A stretch of DNA of 64,000 bases from Myxococcota bacterium (GCA_965223415.1 OZ245002.1:4128001-4192000), one strand, 5' to 3'. Shown: positions 29,904-39,394, numbered from the stretch's first letter. The notes: a model not told the origin generated them from the letters alone. Made by a program: numbers and translations.

Positions 29904-30644
29904 ATGAGCCTCATCCTCGCCGGGACGGACGTGGGGGGACGTCTCGCGAGCTTGGACCTCTTCGACCTGATCTGGCAGGCGTCGTGGATCGTCCAGCTCG
30001 TCATCCTCCTCCTGGTGGCCGCCTCGATTCTTTCTTGGGCTGCGATCGTATTCAAGTGGCGCGAGCTGAACGGCGCCGAGCAGGATAGCGAGGCCTTCCT
30101 CGAGACCTATCACGAAGCCGGTCTCGATCGCGCCTACGAGGCCGCCAAGGCCATGGAGCGTTCGCCCCTCTCGGCGATCTTCCTCACCGCCTACGGCGAG
30201 CTCCAGCGCATCGGCCGCTACGCCGGGCGGGCGCCGGACGATCCCCTCGACGAGGCCCAGGTGCACTCGCTCTCCCGTCAGGTCCACTGGGTGGCCGCCC
30301 AGGAAGAGCTTCGCCTCGAGGCCCGGCTCTCGTTCCTGGCCACGGTCGGCGCCGCGGCGCCCTTTGTCGGCCTGTTCGGAACGGTCATCGGCATCATCAA
30401 CGCCTTCTCGGGAATCGGCGCGGCGGGCAGCGCCAGCCTGGCCGTCGTGGCGCCCGGCATCGCCGAGGCGCTGATCGCGACGGCCATCGGGCTCTTCGCC
30501 GCCATTCCCGCGACCATCTTCTACAACCTCTTCGTCGCGCGGCTGCGCGAGCTTCACCGCGCCATCGAGCTGTTCGGGGACGAGCTGCTGGGCGATCTGC
30601 GGCGCCCCGGTGGGGTCCCGGCCGTGCGCGCGGTCGAGGCCTGA
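29904..30644 (+). CDS. tolQ: TolQ (MotA/TolQ/ExbB family)
   Basis: FLATVG..APFVGLFGTVIGI, VAPGIAEALIATAIGLFAAIPA. Confidence 0.85.
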   Translation: MSLILAGTDVGGRLASLDLFDLIWQASWIVQLVILLLVAASILSWAAIVFKWRELNGAEQDSEAFLETYHEAGLDRAYEAAKAMERSPLSAIFLTAYGELQRIGRYAGRAPDDPLDEAQVHSLSRQVHWVAAQEELRLEARLSFLATVGAAAPFVGLFGTVIGIINAFSGIGAAGSASLAVVAPGIAEALIATAIGLFAAIPATIFYNLFVARLRELHRAIELFGDELLGDLRRPGGVPAVRAVEA

Positions 30645-30647
30645 GCC

Positions 30648-31055
30648 GTGGCCGGGGGGCGTCTGGGCCGCGAGCACGCGGCGATGTCCGAGATCAACGT
30701 CACGCCCTTCGTGGACGTGATGCTGGTGCTGCTGATCATCTTCATGGTGACGGCGCCGATGCTGCAGCAGGGCCTCGACGTCGATCTTCCCGAGACCACG
30801 ACCCAACCGCTCCGGATGCAGGACGAGCCGCTGATCCTGACCGTCGACAAGGAGGGCGCCTACCACCTGGCGAGTGTCGAGATCCCCTTCGAGGAGCTCG
30901 GCACCAAGCTCGGGGCCATCTTCGAGGCCACCCCGGACAAGGAGATCTTCCTGCGGGCGGACAAGGAGGCGCCCTACGGGCTGGTCGTGAAGGCCATGGC
31001 GGCGGCCCGGGAGGCCGGAGCCCGCAGCCTCGGAATCGTGACCGAGCCCGAGTAG
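30648..31055 (+). CDS. tolR: TolR (ExbD/TolR family)
   Basis: MSEINVTPFVDVMLVLLIIFMVTAP, LRADK. Confidence 0.9.
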   Translation: MAGGRLGREHAAMSEINVTPFVDVMLVLLIIFMVTAPMLQQGLDVDLPETTTQPLRMQDEPLILTVDKEGAYHLASVEIPFEELGTKLGAIFEATPDKEIFLRADKEAPYGLVVKAMAAAREAGARSLGIVTEPE

Positions 31056-31092
31056 GGCGGAACCCGGCGCCGGCGACGGGCGACTGAACCAC

Positions 31093-31857
31093 GTGCAGGG
31101 AGTCCTCGAGAGTTGGGAGGCCGATCGCCAGCGGCAGTACCGCCGCTTCGTCGGGGTGTCGGCCGCCGTCCACCTGGCCGGGGCGCTCCTCTTCGTGCTG
31201 AACCCGAGCTTCGGCCGGGAGCCGGCCCTGCCGGGGGTGGTGAGAGTGGATCTGGTGGCCGTGGCGCCCCCGGCGCCCGCCCGCCGGCCCGCCCCGAAGC
31301 CCAAGGCGGCCCCGAAGCCGAAGCCCGTGCCGAAGCCCAAGCCGGCGGTGAAGCCCAAGCCCAAGCCGCCCGTCGTAGACAAAAAGGTGTTGCCCAAGGA
31401 GCCGGTCGCCAAGCCCACCCCGGAGCCGGCGCCGCCGGCCCCGGCCGAGAAACCGCTGGAGTACGAAGACGTGTTGGCTCAGCTGCGCGAGAACGCGAAG
31501 GAAGACTTCCCCGAGGCGGCGCCCCAGGTGGCGCCCCCCGCCGCCCGCACCGGGCCGATCGGCGGGCCGGGCCGGCCGATCTCGGCGGAGGAGTTCGCCT
31601 GGCGCGAGCGGGCCCGGGCCTTCGTGCTCCAGAGCTGGGTGCTGGCGCCGGGCTTCCGCTCCCAGCCGCTCGTGACCGTGGTGGACGTGGAGCTCTCCGC
31701 CTCCGGCGACATCCGCAGCACGCGCATCGCCGAGCGCTCCGGCAATCCCTGGTACGACGAGAGCGTCGAGCGGGCCATCCAGAAGGCCGGGCCCCTTCCC
31801 CCACCGCCGGAATCCGGCCGCTGGCAGTTCCGCTTCAGCCCCACGGATCTGCGATGA
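31093..31857 (+). CDS. tolA: TolA-like protein (TM, PK-rich linker, TonB_C domain)
   Basis: S...H TM motif, PKPK repeats, SGNPWYDESVERAI..A.PLPPPP. Confidence 0.75.
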   Translation: MQGVLESWEADRQRQYRRFVGVSAAVHLAGALLFVLNPSFGREPALPGVVRVDLVAVAPPAPARRPAPKPKAAPKPKPVPKPKPAVKPKPKPPVVDKKVLPKEPVAKPTPEPAPPAPAEKPLEYEDVLAQLRENAKEDFPEAAPQVAPPAARTGPIGGPGRPISAEEFAWRERARAFVLQSWVLAPGFRSQPLVTVVDVELSASGDIRSTRIAERSGNPWYDESVERAIQKAGPLPPPPESGRWQFRFSPTDLR

Positions 31858-33170
31858 GGGCAGCACTCGCCATCGGGATCGCCGTGGGGTGTCTCACGTC
31901 CGCCGCCTGGGCCCAGGGTCGCGCGCCGATCGACGTGTTCGATCCGCGGGACCGCACGCTGAAGGTGGCGGTGCAGCGCTTCGCCCAGACCTCTCGCGGC
32001 GCCGAGCGGGTGCGTGAGGAGGTGGCGACGGGCCTGCAGGCCGGCCTCGACTTCTCGGGCATGTTCACCGTCATCCGCGAGGAGGCCTTCCTCGGGCCGG
32101 TGGAGAGCCCGCGCTTCGACGACCGCCGGCCGGTCGCCTGCGACCGCTGGCGTCAGATCGGTGCCGACGCCCTGGTGCAGGGCGAGGTGCAGGCCAGCGC
32201 AGACAAGCTGCGGGTGCGCTTCCGGGTGCTGGACGTGGCCCGCGGCTGCCGTAGCCAGAAGCGCAACCAGTTCGACGCCACGCGCGACCAGGCCCGGCGG
32301 GTGGGCAAGGCGGTGGCCGACGACGTGGTCGCGGCCTTCACCGGCCGCCCGGGAGTCGCCGACACCGAGATCGCCTTCGTCTCGAACCGCGGCGGGACCA
32401 AGGAGGTCCATGTGATGGACGCGGACGGTCTGAACCTCCGCGCGGCCACCCGCAACCGCTCGATCAACTCCTTCCCGGACTGGTCGCCGGACGCCTCGTC
32501 CATCGTCTACACGAGCTACCGCCACCGGAACCGGCCGTCGCTCTTCCTACTGACCCGGGGGCGTCGCTCCCCGGGACGGATCCTGCGCAACATGCGCGCC
32601 ACCGGGCCGATCTACCGCGGGACCTTCAGCCCCGACGGCAACCTGCTCGCGCTCGTGATGAGCCACCGCGGGGCCACGGACATCTTCACCGTGGGGCGGG
32701 GCGGCACGAACCTGCGCAACCTCACCCGCCACCGGGCCATCGACGTGTCCCCGGCCTGGTCGCCGGACGGGCGGCGCATCGCCTTCGTCTCCGACCGCAC
32801 GGGCTCGCCGCAGGTCTACGTGATGGGAACCGACGGCAGCGGCCAGCGGCGCCTCACCTTCAACGGCAGCTACAACACGGCGCCGGCCTGGTCGCCGGAC
32901 GGCGAGTGGATCGCCTACGAGAGCCGCGTCGGCGGGCAGTTCGACATCTGGCTGATCGACCCCGAGGGCGGGGCGAACGTGCCACTGGTGACCCACCGCC
33001 GCAGCGACGAGCACCCGAGCTGGGCGCCGGACAGCCGCAAGCTCGCCTTCAGCTCGACCCGTCGGGGCCGGGCGGACGTCTACGTCGTCGACGTCAACGG
33101 CAAGAACCTGCGCCGGGTCACGGACGGGGGCGAGAACACGAACCCGGACTGGGGCCCCTACCGTCGGTAG
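31854..33170 (+). CDS. tolB: TolB beta-propeller protein
   Basis: Repeated P.WSPDG..IAF.S (PD40) motifs; operon position. Confidence 0.9.
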   Translation: MRAALAIGIAVGCLTSAAWAQGRAPIDVFDPRDRTLKVAVQRFAQTSRGAERVREEVATGLQAGLDFSGMFTVIREEAFLGPVESPRFDDRRPVACDRWRQIGADALVQGEVQASADKLRVRFRVLDVARGCRSQKRNQFDATRDQARRVGKAVADDVVAAFTGRPGVADTEIAFVSNRGGTKEVHVMDADGLNLRAATRNRSINSFPDWSPDASSIVYTSYRHRNRPSLFLLTRGRRSPGRILRNMRATGPIYRGTFSPDGNLLALVMSHRGATDIFTVGRGGTNLRNLTRHRAIDVSPAWSPDGRRIAFVSDRTGSPQVYVMGTDGSGQRRLTFNGSYNTAPAWSPDGEWIAYESRVGGQFDIWLIDPEGGANVPLVTHRRSDEHPSWAPDSRKLAFSSTRRGRADVYVVDVNGKNLRRVTDGGENTNPDWGPYRR

Positions 33171-33206
33171 GGTCGCTAGCCTGGCAGGACCTTCTGGGGG
33201 GATCGC

Positions 33207-34085
33207 ATGGAGATCGCGAAACGCGCACGAGGTTGGGCCCGGGTGGGTCTCCTGGCCCTGCTGGTGCCGGGCCTGGGCGGCTGCGTCACCGTGGCCGAGT
33301 TCCGCAAGCTCGAATACCAGGTGAACAAGCTCAAGGCCGGCGACGGCCCGGCGGCGGATCGAGCGCGGGTGGCGGACCTCTCCGCCGAGCTCGAGTCCCT
33401 GCGCGGCCAGGTCGCCCAGCTCGAGGGGCGGATCGAGGTGGGCGAGCACGATACCCGCCGCGCCCTCGAGGAGGCCCAGGCGGCGCGCCGGGACGCGGCG
33501 GCGCCCGCCGCCGGTGCCTACCCGCCGGCCGGTCCGCCGGGCACGGACGCCTACCCGCCGGCCGCTCCCCCGGGCACCGGAACCTACGATCCCGGGGCCC
33601 AGGGGCCGCCAGGCGGTGCCCCCCCGCCGGGCACCGCACCGTCGCCGGGCGCCTCCGCGCCGCCGGCCGGTCCCGTTCCCGGCGCCGGCCGTGCCGCCCG
33701 CGAGGAGCTCGACGCCTACCGCGCCGGCTACGACGCCTGGCGCACCGACGAGGCGGGGGCCTGTGTTGACCGGTTCCGGGCTTTCCTGCAGACTTATCCG
33801 TCTTCTGCGTACGCCGACGACGCAGCCTATTGGATGGCCGACTGCTACTTCAAGCAGGGGGACTACCAGACCGCGATCCTGCGCTTCGACGACGTGGCGA
33901 GCCGCTATCCCGCCAGCGATAAGGCTGCGGAGGCGCTCTACCGACAAGGAGAGGCTCTGCTCCAACTCGGTCCGCGCTACGGACAGGCGGCGGAGAAGGC
34001 GTTCGAAAGGGTGATCAACGAATACCCGGACTCGAGGCTGGCGCAGGAAGCCGAGCGGCAGCTGCGCTCGCTCAGCGCGGGCTAG
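33207..34085 (+). CDS. cpoB: CpoB/YbgF-like TPR lipoprotein
   Basis: Lipobox LGGC, coiled coil, Pro-rich linker, YPSS.YADDA.YW.. and YP.SDKA TPRs. Confidence 0.8.
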   Translation: MEIAKRARGWARVGLLALLVPGLGGCVTVAEFRKLEYQVNKLKAGDGPAADRARVADLSAELESLRGQVAQLEGRIEVGEHDTRRALEEAQAARRDAAAPAAGAYPPAGPPGTDAYPPAAPPGTGTYDPGAQGPPGGAPPPGTAPSPGASAPPAGPVPGAGRAAREELDAYRAGYDAWRTDEAGACVDRFRAFLQTYPSSAYADDAAYWMADCYFKQGDYQTAILRFDDVASRYPASDKAAEALYRQGEALLQLGPRYGQAAEKAFERVINEYPDSRLAQEAERQLRSLSAG

Positions 34086-34149
34086 GGTTCGGCGCCGAAA
34101 GGCGAACGCGGGCCGGGTCCGTCCGGCGCCGGCAGAACGAGGGTGAGAG

Positions 34150-34512
34150 GTGAGGAAGAGGGAACTGGAGAAGTTTCGGAAGCTCCTGTCGCAGCAGCGC
34201 GAGCAGCTGGCCGGCAACGCCAAACGTGCGGTCTCCGGCGACATCCATCTCGATCCCGACGACTTCCCGGACGAGATCGACACCGCCTCCTCGGAGATGA
34301 ACCTGGCCTTCCAGGGGCGCTTGCGGGAGCGGGAGCGCGGGCTCCTGGCCAAGATCGACTACGCCCTCGAGAAGATCGAGGACGGCGTCTACGGCGAGTG
34401 CGAGAGCTGCGGCGAGGACATCGGGGTGAAGCGCCTGGAGGCGCGGCCGGTCGCCGAGCTGTGCATCGATTGCAAGTCGGAGCAGGAGAAGCTCGAGCGC
34501 AACCTCGGGTGA
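34150..34512 (+). CDS. dksA: RNA polymerase-binding protein DksA
   Basis: DEIDTA coiled-coil tip, CESC...RLEARP...CIDCK zinc finger. Confidence 0.9.
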   Translation: MRKRELEKFRKLLSQQREQLAGNAKRAVSGDIHLDPDDFPDEIDTASSEMNLAFQGRLRERERGLLAKIDYALEKIEDGVYGECESCGEDIGVKRLEARPVAELCIDCKSEQEKLERNLG

Positions 34513-34519
34513 GCCCTCC

Positions 34520-35557
34520 GTGACCGGGCTCGTCCTCGGCATCGAGAGCTCCTGCGACGAGATGGCGGCGGCGGTGGTGCGCGCCTCCGGCGCCACGACC
34601 GAGGTGCTGGCGAGCGTGGTCGAAGGCCAGGCCGAGGTCCATGGGCCCTACGGAGGCGTGGTGCCGGAGCTGGCCAGCCGGGACCACCTGCGCAGCGTGT
34701 CCGGCGTGAGCGGGGCCGCCCTGGAGCAGGCGGGCATCGGGCCGGAGGCGCTCTGGGGTGTGGCCGTGACGGCCGGGCCCGGGCTGCTCGGCTCGCTCCT
34801 CGTTGGGCTGTCCTTCGGCAAGGCCCTGGCGTACCGCCACGGGCTGCCTTGCGTGGGCGTGCATCACCTGGCGGGGCACCTGGCCGCCGCCGAACTCTCC
34901 CGGCCCGAGCTGCGGGCGCCCTACGTGGGGCTGGTCGTCTCCGGCGGCCACACGGCGCTCTACCGGGTGCCGGGGGAGGGGGCACCGGAGCTGCTTGGCG
35001 AGACCCGGGACGACGCGGTGGGCGAGGCGTTCGACAAGGTCGCGAAGCTGCTCGGCCTGCCGTACCCCGGCGGCCCGGCCGTGTCGCAGGCGGCGGAAGC
35101 CGGCGATCCCGCGGCCGTGGACCTGCCGCGTCCGATGCAGGCCGAGCCGAACCTCGACTTCTCCTACAGCGGGCTCAAGACCGCCGTGGCCCTGGCCGTG
35201 CAGGAGCGCGAGCCCCTGGGTGCCGCCGCCCGGGCCGACCTGGCCGCATCCTTCCAGGCCGCCGCCACCGACGTGCTCGTCGCCAAGGCGCGCCGGGCCC
35301 TGCGCGAGCAGGATCTCGGGCAGCTCGCGGTGGTCGGGGGCGTCGCCGCCAATCGGCGGCTGCGCGCCGAGACCGCCCGCGCCGCCGAGCGGGACGGCTT
35401 CCTCGCCGTCTTCCCCCCGGCCGAGCTCTGCACCGACAACGCCGCCATGATCGCCGCCGCCGGCGCCCGCCTCCTCGCCGAGGGAACCCGCCACGGCCTC
35501 GACCTCACCGCCTGGAGCCGCGTCCCCCTCAGCGCCCGCCCCTGGGAACGCCCATGA
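34520..35557 (+). CDS. tsaD: tRNA N6-threonylcarbamoyltransferase
   Basis: LGIESSCDE, GGVVPELASR, HHLAGH, SGGHT, CTDNAAMI. Confidence 0.95.
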   Translation: MTGLVLGIESSCDEMAAAVVRASGATTEVLASVVEGQAEVHGPYGGVVPELASRDHLRSVSGVSGAALEQAGIGPEALWGVAVTAGPGLLGSLLVGLSFGKALAYRHGLPCVGVHHLAGHLAAAELSRPELRAPYVGLVVSGGHTALYRVPGEGAPELLGETRDDAVGEAFDKVAKLLGLPYPGGPAVSQAAEAGDPAAVDLPRPMQAEPNLDFSYSGLKTAVALAVQEREPLGAAARADLAASFQAAATDVLVAKARRALREQDLGQLAVVGGVAANRRLRAETARAAERDGFLAVFPPAELCTDNAAMIAAAGARLLAEGTRHGLDLTAWSRVPLSARPWERP

Positions 35558-35565
35558 CCCAGCAA

Positions 35566-35643
35566 CGCAAGAGCGGGGACGTTCCTTGCATCTTGCGCTT
35601 TCGACCGAAAGCGCAAGATGCAAGGAACGTCCCCGCTCTTGCG
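35566..35643. repeat. REP/REPIN-like inverted repeat pair, family A (second locus)
   Basis: 38-bp perfect inverted repeat with a 2-nt loop; contains the same 24-mer as 15150-15173. Confidence 0.85.
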
Positions 35644-35657
35644 CTTTCGGCTTCGTC

Positions 35658-36503
35658 TTGACTCCGGCGGAGATCCGGGCCTTTCTGGAGCGGCACGGGT
35701 TGGCGGCGCATCGGGGGCGGGGGCAGAACTTCCTGCACGATGCGAAGCTGGCCGACAAGCTGGTGCGGTTGGCCGGGGTCGGGAAGGACGAGGCGGTGCT
35801 CGAGATCGGGACCGGGCTCGGCATCCTCACCCGGGCGCTGGCGGCCCGGGCGCGGCGGGTGGTCACCCTGGAGATCGACGCCGGGCTGGTCCGCGGGCTC
35901 ACCGCCGACGCCGTGCTGCCGCCCGGCGTGGAGCTGGTGCACGCGGACGCCGTGGCCGCCGACTGGGGGACCTGGCTGGAGCGGGAGCCGGGGCCCTGGC
36001 GGGTCGTGGCCAACCTGCCGTACTCCGCGGCCACGCCCATTCTCCGCCGCCTGCTCGACTGCGCCGATCGGCTCGCCGGCTGGGGGGTGATGGTGCAGCG
36101 GGAGCTGGCCGCTCGCATCTCGGCCGAGGTCGGCGAGCGGGACTACGGATCCTACGCGGTGCTCCATCGGCTCTGCGTGGAGGTCACCGGAAGCCTCGAT
36201 CTTCACGGGCGTTGCTTCTACCCTGTTCCCCGCGTGGTCTCGCGATTCGTCTGCATGGTGCCGAGGGCCGACCGCCCCTCGCGTGCCGAGCTGGACGCGG
36301 TCGAGGGGGTGGTTCGGGCCGGCTTCGCCCACCGGCGCAAGACCCTCGCCAACTCCTTGCGCCGGGCCGCGCTCGTGGACGCCGCGTGGTTCGAGCCGGC
36401 GTTCGCCCGGGCCGGCATCGATCCCGGCGCCCGGGCCGAGACCGTCGCCCCCGAGCGCTGGCTGGCCCTGGCCCGCGCCCTGCACGAGGGGAGGGCGACG
36501 TGA
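35658..36503 (+). CDS. rsmA: 16S rRNA dimethyladenosine transferase
   Basis: GQNFL, LEIGTGLG, VANLPY, MVQRE, FAHRRKTL; TTG start. Confidence 0.95.
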   Translation: MTPAEIRAFLERHGLAAHRGRGQNFLHDAKLADKLVRLAGVGKDEAVLEIGTGLGILTRALAARARRVVTLEIDAGLVRGLTADAVLPPGVELVHADAVAADWGTWLEREPGPWRVVANLPYSAATPILRRLLDCADRLAGWGVMVQRELAARISAEVGERDYGSYAVLHRLCVEVTGSLDLHGRCFYPVPRVVSRFVCMVPRADRPSRAELDAVEGVVRAGFAHRRKTLANSLRRAALVDAAWFEPAFARAGIDPGARAETVAPERWLALARALHEGRAT

Positions 36504-36841
36504 CCTCCGTCGAGCCGCGCCGCGATTTCTCCGTCCCGATCCGCGTCGACGTGCGGCGCTCGAGCGGCGTCGAGAACCAGGAGTTCGCCGTCAACCTCTC
36601 GCCCCGCGGCCTGTGCATCCACACCCGGGAGGTGCTGGCGATCGGCGAGAAGGTCCACGTACGCTTCGAGCTGCCTCCCGCCGGCCCGGTCATCGATACC
36701 GCCGGTATCGTCATCTGGACGAACCGCCGCGACGACGGCGAGGCACGTTTCTGGGAGACGGGCCTGCGTCTCGACGTGGACGACGCCACCTGGGCCGTGC
36801 TCCAGGACTGGGCGAGCCAGCCGACCGACCGGCGTCGCTGA
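36500..36841 (+). CDS. PilZ domain protein
   Basis: EPRR...NLSPRGLCI (D/NxSxxG) and G..V.VRF.LP. Confidence 0.75.
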   Translation: MTSVEPRRDFSVPIRVDVRRSSGVENQEFAVNLSPRGLCIHTREVLAIGEKVHVRFELPPAGPVIDTAGIVIWTNRRDDGEARFWETGLRLDVDDATWAVLQDWASQPTDRRR

Positions 36842-37119
36842 TGGAGCCCGAGGCGATCCTCGACGCCCTGGTCGAGGTGGCGCGGGACGCCGGCGTGACC
36901 GTCCGCGTGCTGCCCCGGAGCGCCCTCCGCGAGGGCGAGCCGCTCCCCGAAAGCGACGTGTGTCGCATCCGCGGCGAGCCCTGGCTGATCCTCGCCGCCG
37001 GCGAGTCCATCGAGGACCGGATCGCCGCGGCCGCCCGCGCCGTCCGCCGCTACGCCGCCGACGAGGCCGACCGCCGCTTCCTCCCCCCCGCCGTCCGCTC
37101 CCGCCTGGACGACCCCTGA
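36841..37119 (+). CDS. Hypothetical protein
   Basis: ATG overlaps the PilZ stop; C-terminal FLPPAVR. Confidence 0.55.
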   Translation: MEPEAILDALVEVARDAGVTVRVLPRSALREGEPLPESDVCRIRGEPWLILAAGESIEDRIAAAARAVRRYAADEADRRFLPPAVRSRLDDP

Positions 37120-37180
37120 AACCAACGGAACCGGTCCCCAACGCGAATCCCCGCGGGGCCTCGAGGGGGGCGGAAGCTCG

Positions 37181-37210
37181 TTGACAGGGGCGGAGGGGCA
37201 AGCGTACGTT
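37181..37210 (+). promoter_or_regulatory. Sigma-70-like promoter for the panB leader
   Basis: TTGACA-N18-TACGTT. Confidence 0.6.
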
Positions 37211-37216
37211 CCGGTC

Positions 37217-37462
37217 GAGCCGAGAGGAATCGCAGGGCGCGATCCTCATCGAAAGCTCGGACAGCATCCCGGGCCCCCCAGCCCGGAAGACAAGGACGAC
37301 GCCAGATCCTGCGCAGTTGAACGCTTGCATCCACCGCTGGTGGAGCGAGACGGAGGCGTACGAGGAAGGCCAAGTCGCGAAGTCGCGATCGGGAGCCCCG
37401 GCTCCCGATGAGGCCCGCGCCTCCGGAGGAATCCATCCTCTGGCAGGCGCGTTTTTGTTTTT
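37217..37462 (+). ncRNA. Structured 5' leader of panB with terminator/antiterminator (pan-motif-like candidate)
   Basis: Duplicated GAGGAATC...ATCCTC hairpins, several stems, and an intrinsic terminator before the panB start. Confidence 0.5.
37416..37462 (+). terminator. Intrinsic terminator upstream of panB
   Basis: CGCGCCTCCGGAGGA-atcca-TCCTCTGGcAGGCGCG followed by TTTTTGTTTTT. Confidence 0.75.
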
Positions 37463-37498
37463 CGGCCGAGGGGATCGCCCGGGGACGGGGGATCGCCG

Positions 37499-38326
37499 AT
37501 GTCGACCGTGACCGCCGCGAGCCAGCGCGAACACCGCGTGACCACCCGCTCCCTCCAGCGCGCGAAGCGCCGGGGCGAGCCGTTCTCGATGCTCACCGCC
37601 TACGACGTCACCTTTTCCCGCATCTTCGACCAGGCGGGCATCGACGTCCTGCTCGTCGGGGATTCGGTGGGCAACACCACCCAGGGTCACGAGAACACGC
37701 TCCCGGTGACCCTCGACGAGATGATCTACCACACGCGGATGGTCGTCCGCGGCGCCTCCCGCGCGCTGGTCGTGGGCGACATGCCCTTCGGCTCCTACCA
37801 GGTCTCGCCGGAGGACGGCGTCCGCAGCGCCATCCGGCTGATGAAGGAGGGCGGCGCCCACGCGGTGAAGCTCGAAGGCGGCCGCCGGGTGAAGGAGACC
37901 CTGGCCCGCATCGCGGGCGCGGACATCCCGGTGATGGGCCACGTCGGCCTCACGCCCCAGTCGGTGCACGCCATGGGCGGCTACCGGGTGCAGGGCCGCG
38001 GCGAGAGCGGCCGGGATCGGGTGATCCAGGACGCCCTGGCGGTGGAGGCCGCCGGGGCCTTCGCCCTGGTGCTCGAGGGCGTGCCCGCGGACCTGGCCCG
38101 GGAGATCACCGCGACGGTCGGCATTCCGACCATCGGCATCGGCGCCGGCGTCGAGTGCGACGGCCAGGTGCTGGTGCTCCACGACCTGCTCGGGCTCTCG
38201 GACTGGACGCCCAGCTTCGCCAAGCAGTACGCCAACCTGGGCGCGGCCGCCTCCCAGGCCGCCCGGCAGTTCGCCGAGGAGGTGGCGCACCGCAAGTTCC
38301 CCGGCGACGAGCACTCCTACCGTTAG
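37499..38326 (+). CDS. panB: 3-methyl-2-oxobutanoate hydroxymethyltransferase
   Basis: MLTAYD, LVGDS, DMPFGSY, VKLEGG, GHVGLTPQ, DGQVLV. Confidence 0.97.
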   Translation: MSTVTAASQREHRVTTRSLQRAKRRGEPFSMLTAYDVTFSRIFDQAGIDVLLVGDSVGNTTQGHENTLPVTLDEMIYHTRMVVRGASRALVVGDMPFGSYQVSPEDGVRSAIRLMKEGGAHAVKLEGGRRVKETLARIAGADIPVMGHVGLTPQSVHAMGGYRVQGRGESGRDRVIQDALAVEAAGAFALVLEGVPADLAREITATVGIPTIGIGAGVECDGQVLVLHDLLGLSDWTPSFAKQYANLGAAASQAARQFAEEVAHRKFPGDEHSYR

Positions 38327-38341
38327 ATACTCCCTTCGTCG

Positions 38342-39337
38342 TCAACCCTTCGTGGCGAAGAATTTCTCGCCAAGGAAGTCCTGGTCGTGGCGGAGCATGC
38401 CGTAGATGGCGTGGAGCAGCTTCCGCATGACGGCGACGAGTGCTTGCATCTTGGTTTTGCCCTTGGAGAGCAGCTTCTCGTAGAAGGCCTTCACGTTCGG
38501 TTCCCAGCGTGCAGCGACCATCGCAGGAAGAAAGAGTGCGCGGCGAAGGTGGGCGTTGCCGGTCTTGCTGATGCGAGCTGGCTTGTGCACAGAGGTGCCC
38601 GATTGAAACTGTCGGGGGTCGAGGCCCGCATGCGCGACCCATTGCCGGGTCGTCATGTCCTTGGGCAAGGTGCCTAGCTCGGCGAGCAACTGGATGCCGG
38701 CTGCGTCGGCGATACCCTTGATCGATGTGATGTGGCCGAAGTCTCTGGCGAGCTCGGGGCTCTGCTCGATCACCTTCAACGCTTGCTTGCGCAGCCGATC
38801 GATTCGCCCCTCCAGGAGCTCGATCAGTTCGCGGATGTCTTGCTTCACGAACTCACTGAGCTCCTCGCTCTGGTCGTTGGCATGGAGCCGGTTCTTCTCC
38901 TGCGTCACGGTCTTGCTCAGAGCCTCCACGCGGCGGGAGAGGGCCCGTACCTCCAGAATTCGGGGGTCCGGCGGAGTCCAGGCGGAAAACTCCATGCGCA
39001 TTCCGAACTCGAGAATCGTTTCCGCATCGAGCGCATCCGTCTTGGAGCGTTGAAGCGATGCCTTGGCGAACGCGGCAATGGCCCGCGGGTTCGCCACCAT
39101 CACCTGGGACGCCTTCGCACGGTGAAGCGCGAACGCGAGGTCGAGGCCGTACACCCCGGTCGATTCCAGGACGACGCGCGCCGTCGCATTCCCCTTCGTG
39201 GCCCACCGAATCAGCCTCTGGTGGCCCTTGGGATCGTTCGCAAAGACCAGCCCGCCCTCGCGAGTTCCGTTCCGGTCGATGGCGACGACGAGCTCCTTCG
39301 CCCCGACGTCCACGCCCACGTAATGACACTTCTTCAA
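38342..39337 (-). CDS. IS110 family transposase/recombinase
   Basis: DEDD residues GVDVG, LESTG, SKTDALD; C-terminal AGLDP..QSGTS, ISKTGN..LR..L, AVMRKL; TTG start with GGAGGAG RBS. Confidence 0.95.
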   Translation of the reverse strand: MKKCHYVGVDVGAKELVVAIDRNGTREGGLVFANDPKGHQRLIRWATKGNATARVVLESTGVYGLDLAFALHRAKASQVMVANPRAIAAFAKASLQRSKTDALDAETILEFGMRMEFSAWTPPDPRILEVRALSRRVEALSKTVTQEKNRLHANDQSEELSEFVKQDIRELIELLEGRIDRLRKQALKVIEQSPELARDFGHITSIKGIADAAGIQLLAELGTLPKDMTTRQWVAHAGLDPRQFQSGTSVHKPARISKTGNAHLRRALFLPAMVAARWEPNVKAFYEKLLSKGKTKMQALVAVMRKLLHAIYGMLRHDQDFLGEKFFATKG

Positions 39338-39394
39338 GGTCTCTCCTCCCCGTGATAAGCTGGGACCCGGGTCTCCCGACCCTGCACATTCACC

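Noticed and set aside
31290..31370. AAGCCC/AAGCCG tandem repeats
   Set aside because: They encode the ordinary Lys-Pro linker of TolA/TonB proteins
37240..37415. 6S RNA or SAM-I riboswitch
   Set aside because: The closing stem CCTCATC/GATGAGG is suggestive, but the SAM-I core (kink-turn, GCAACC, GUGC) is absent and the interior is short hairpins rather than a 6S rod; kept only as an unassigned leader
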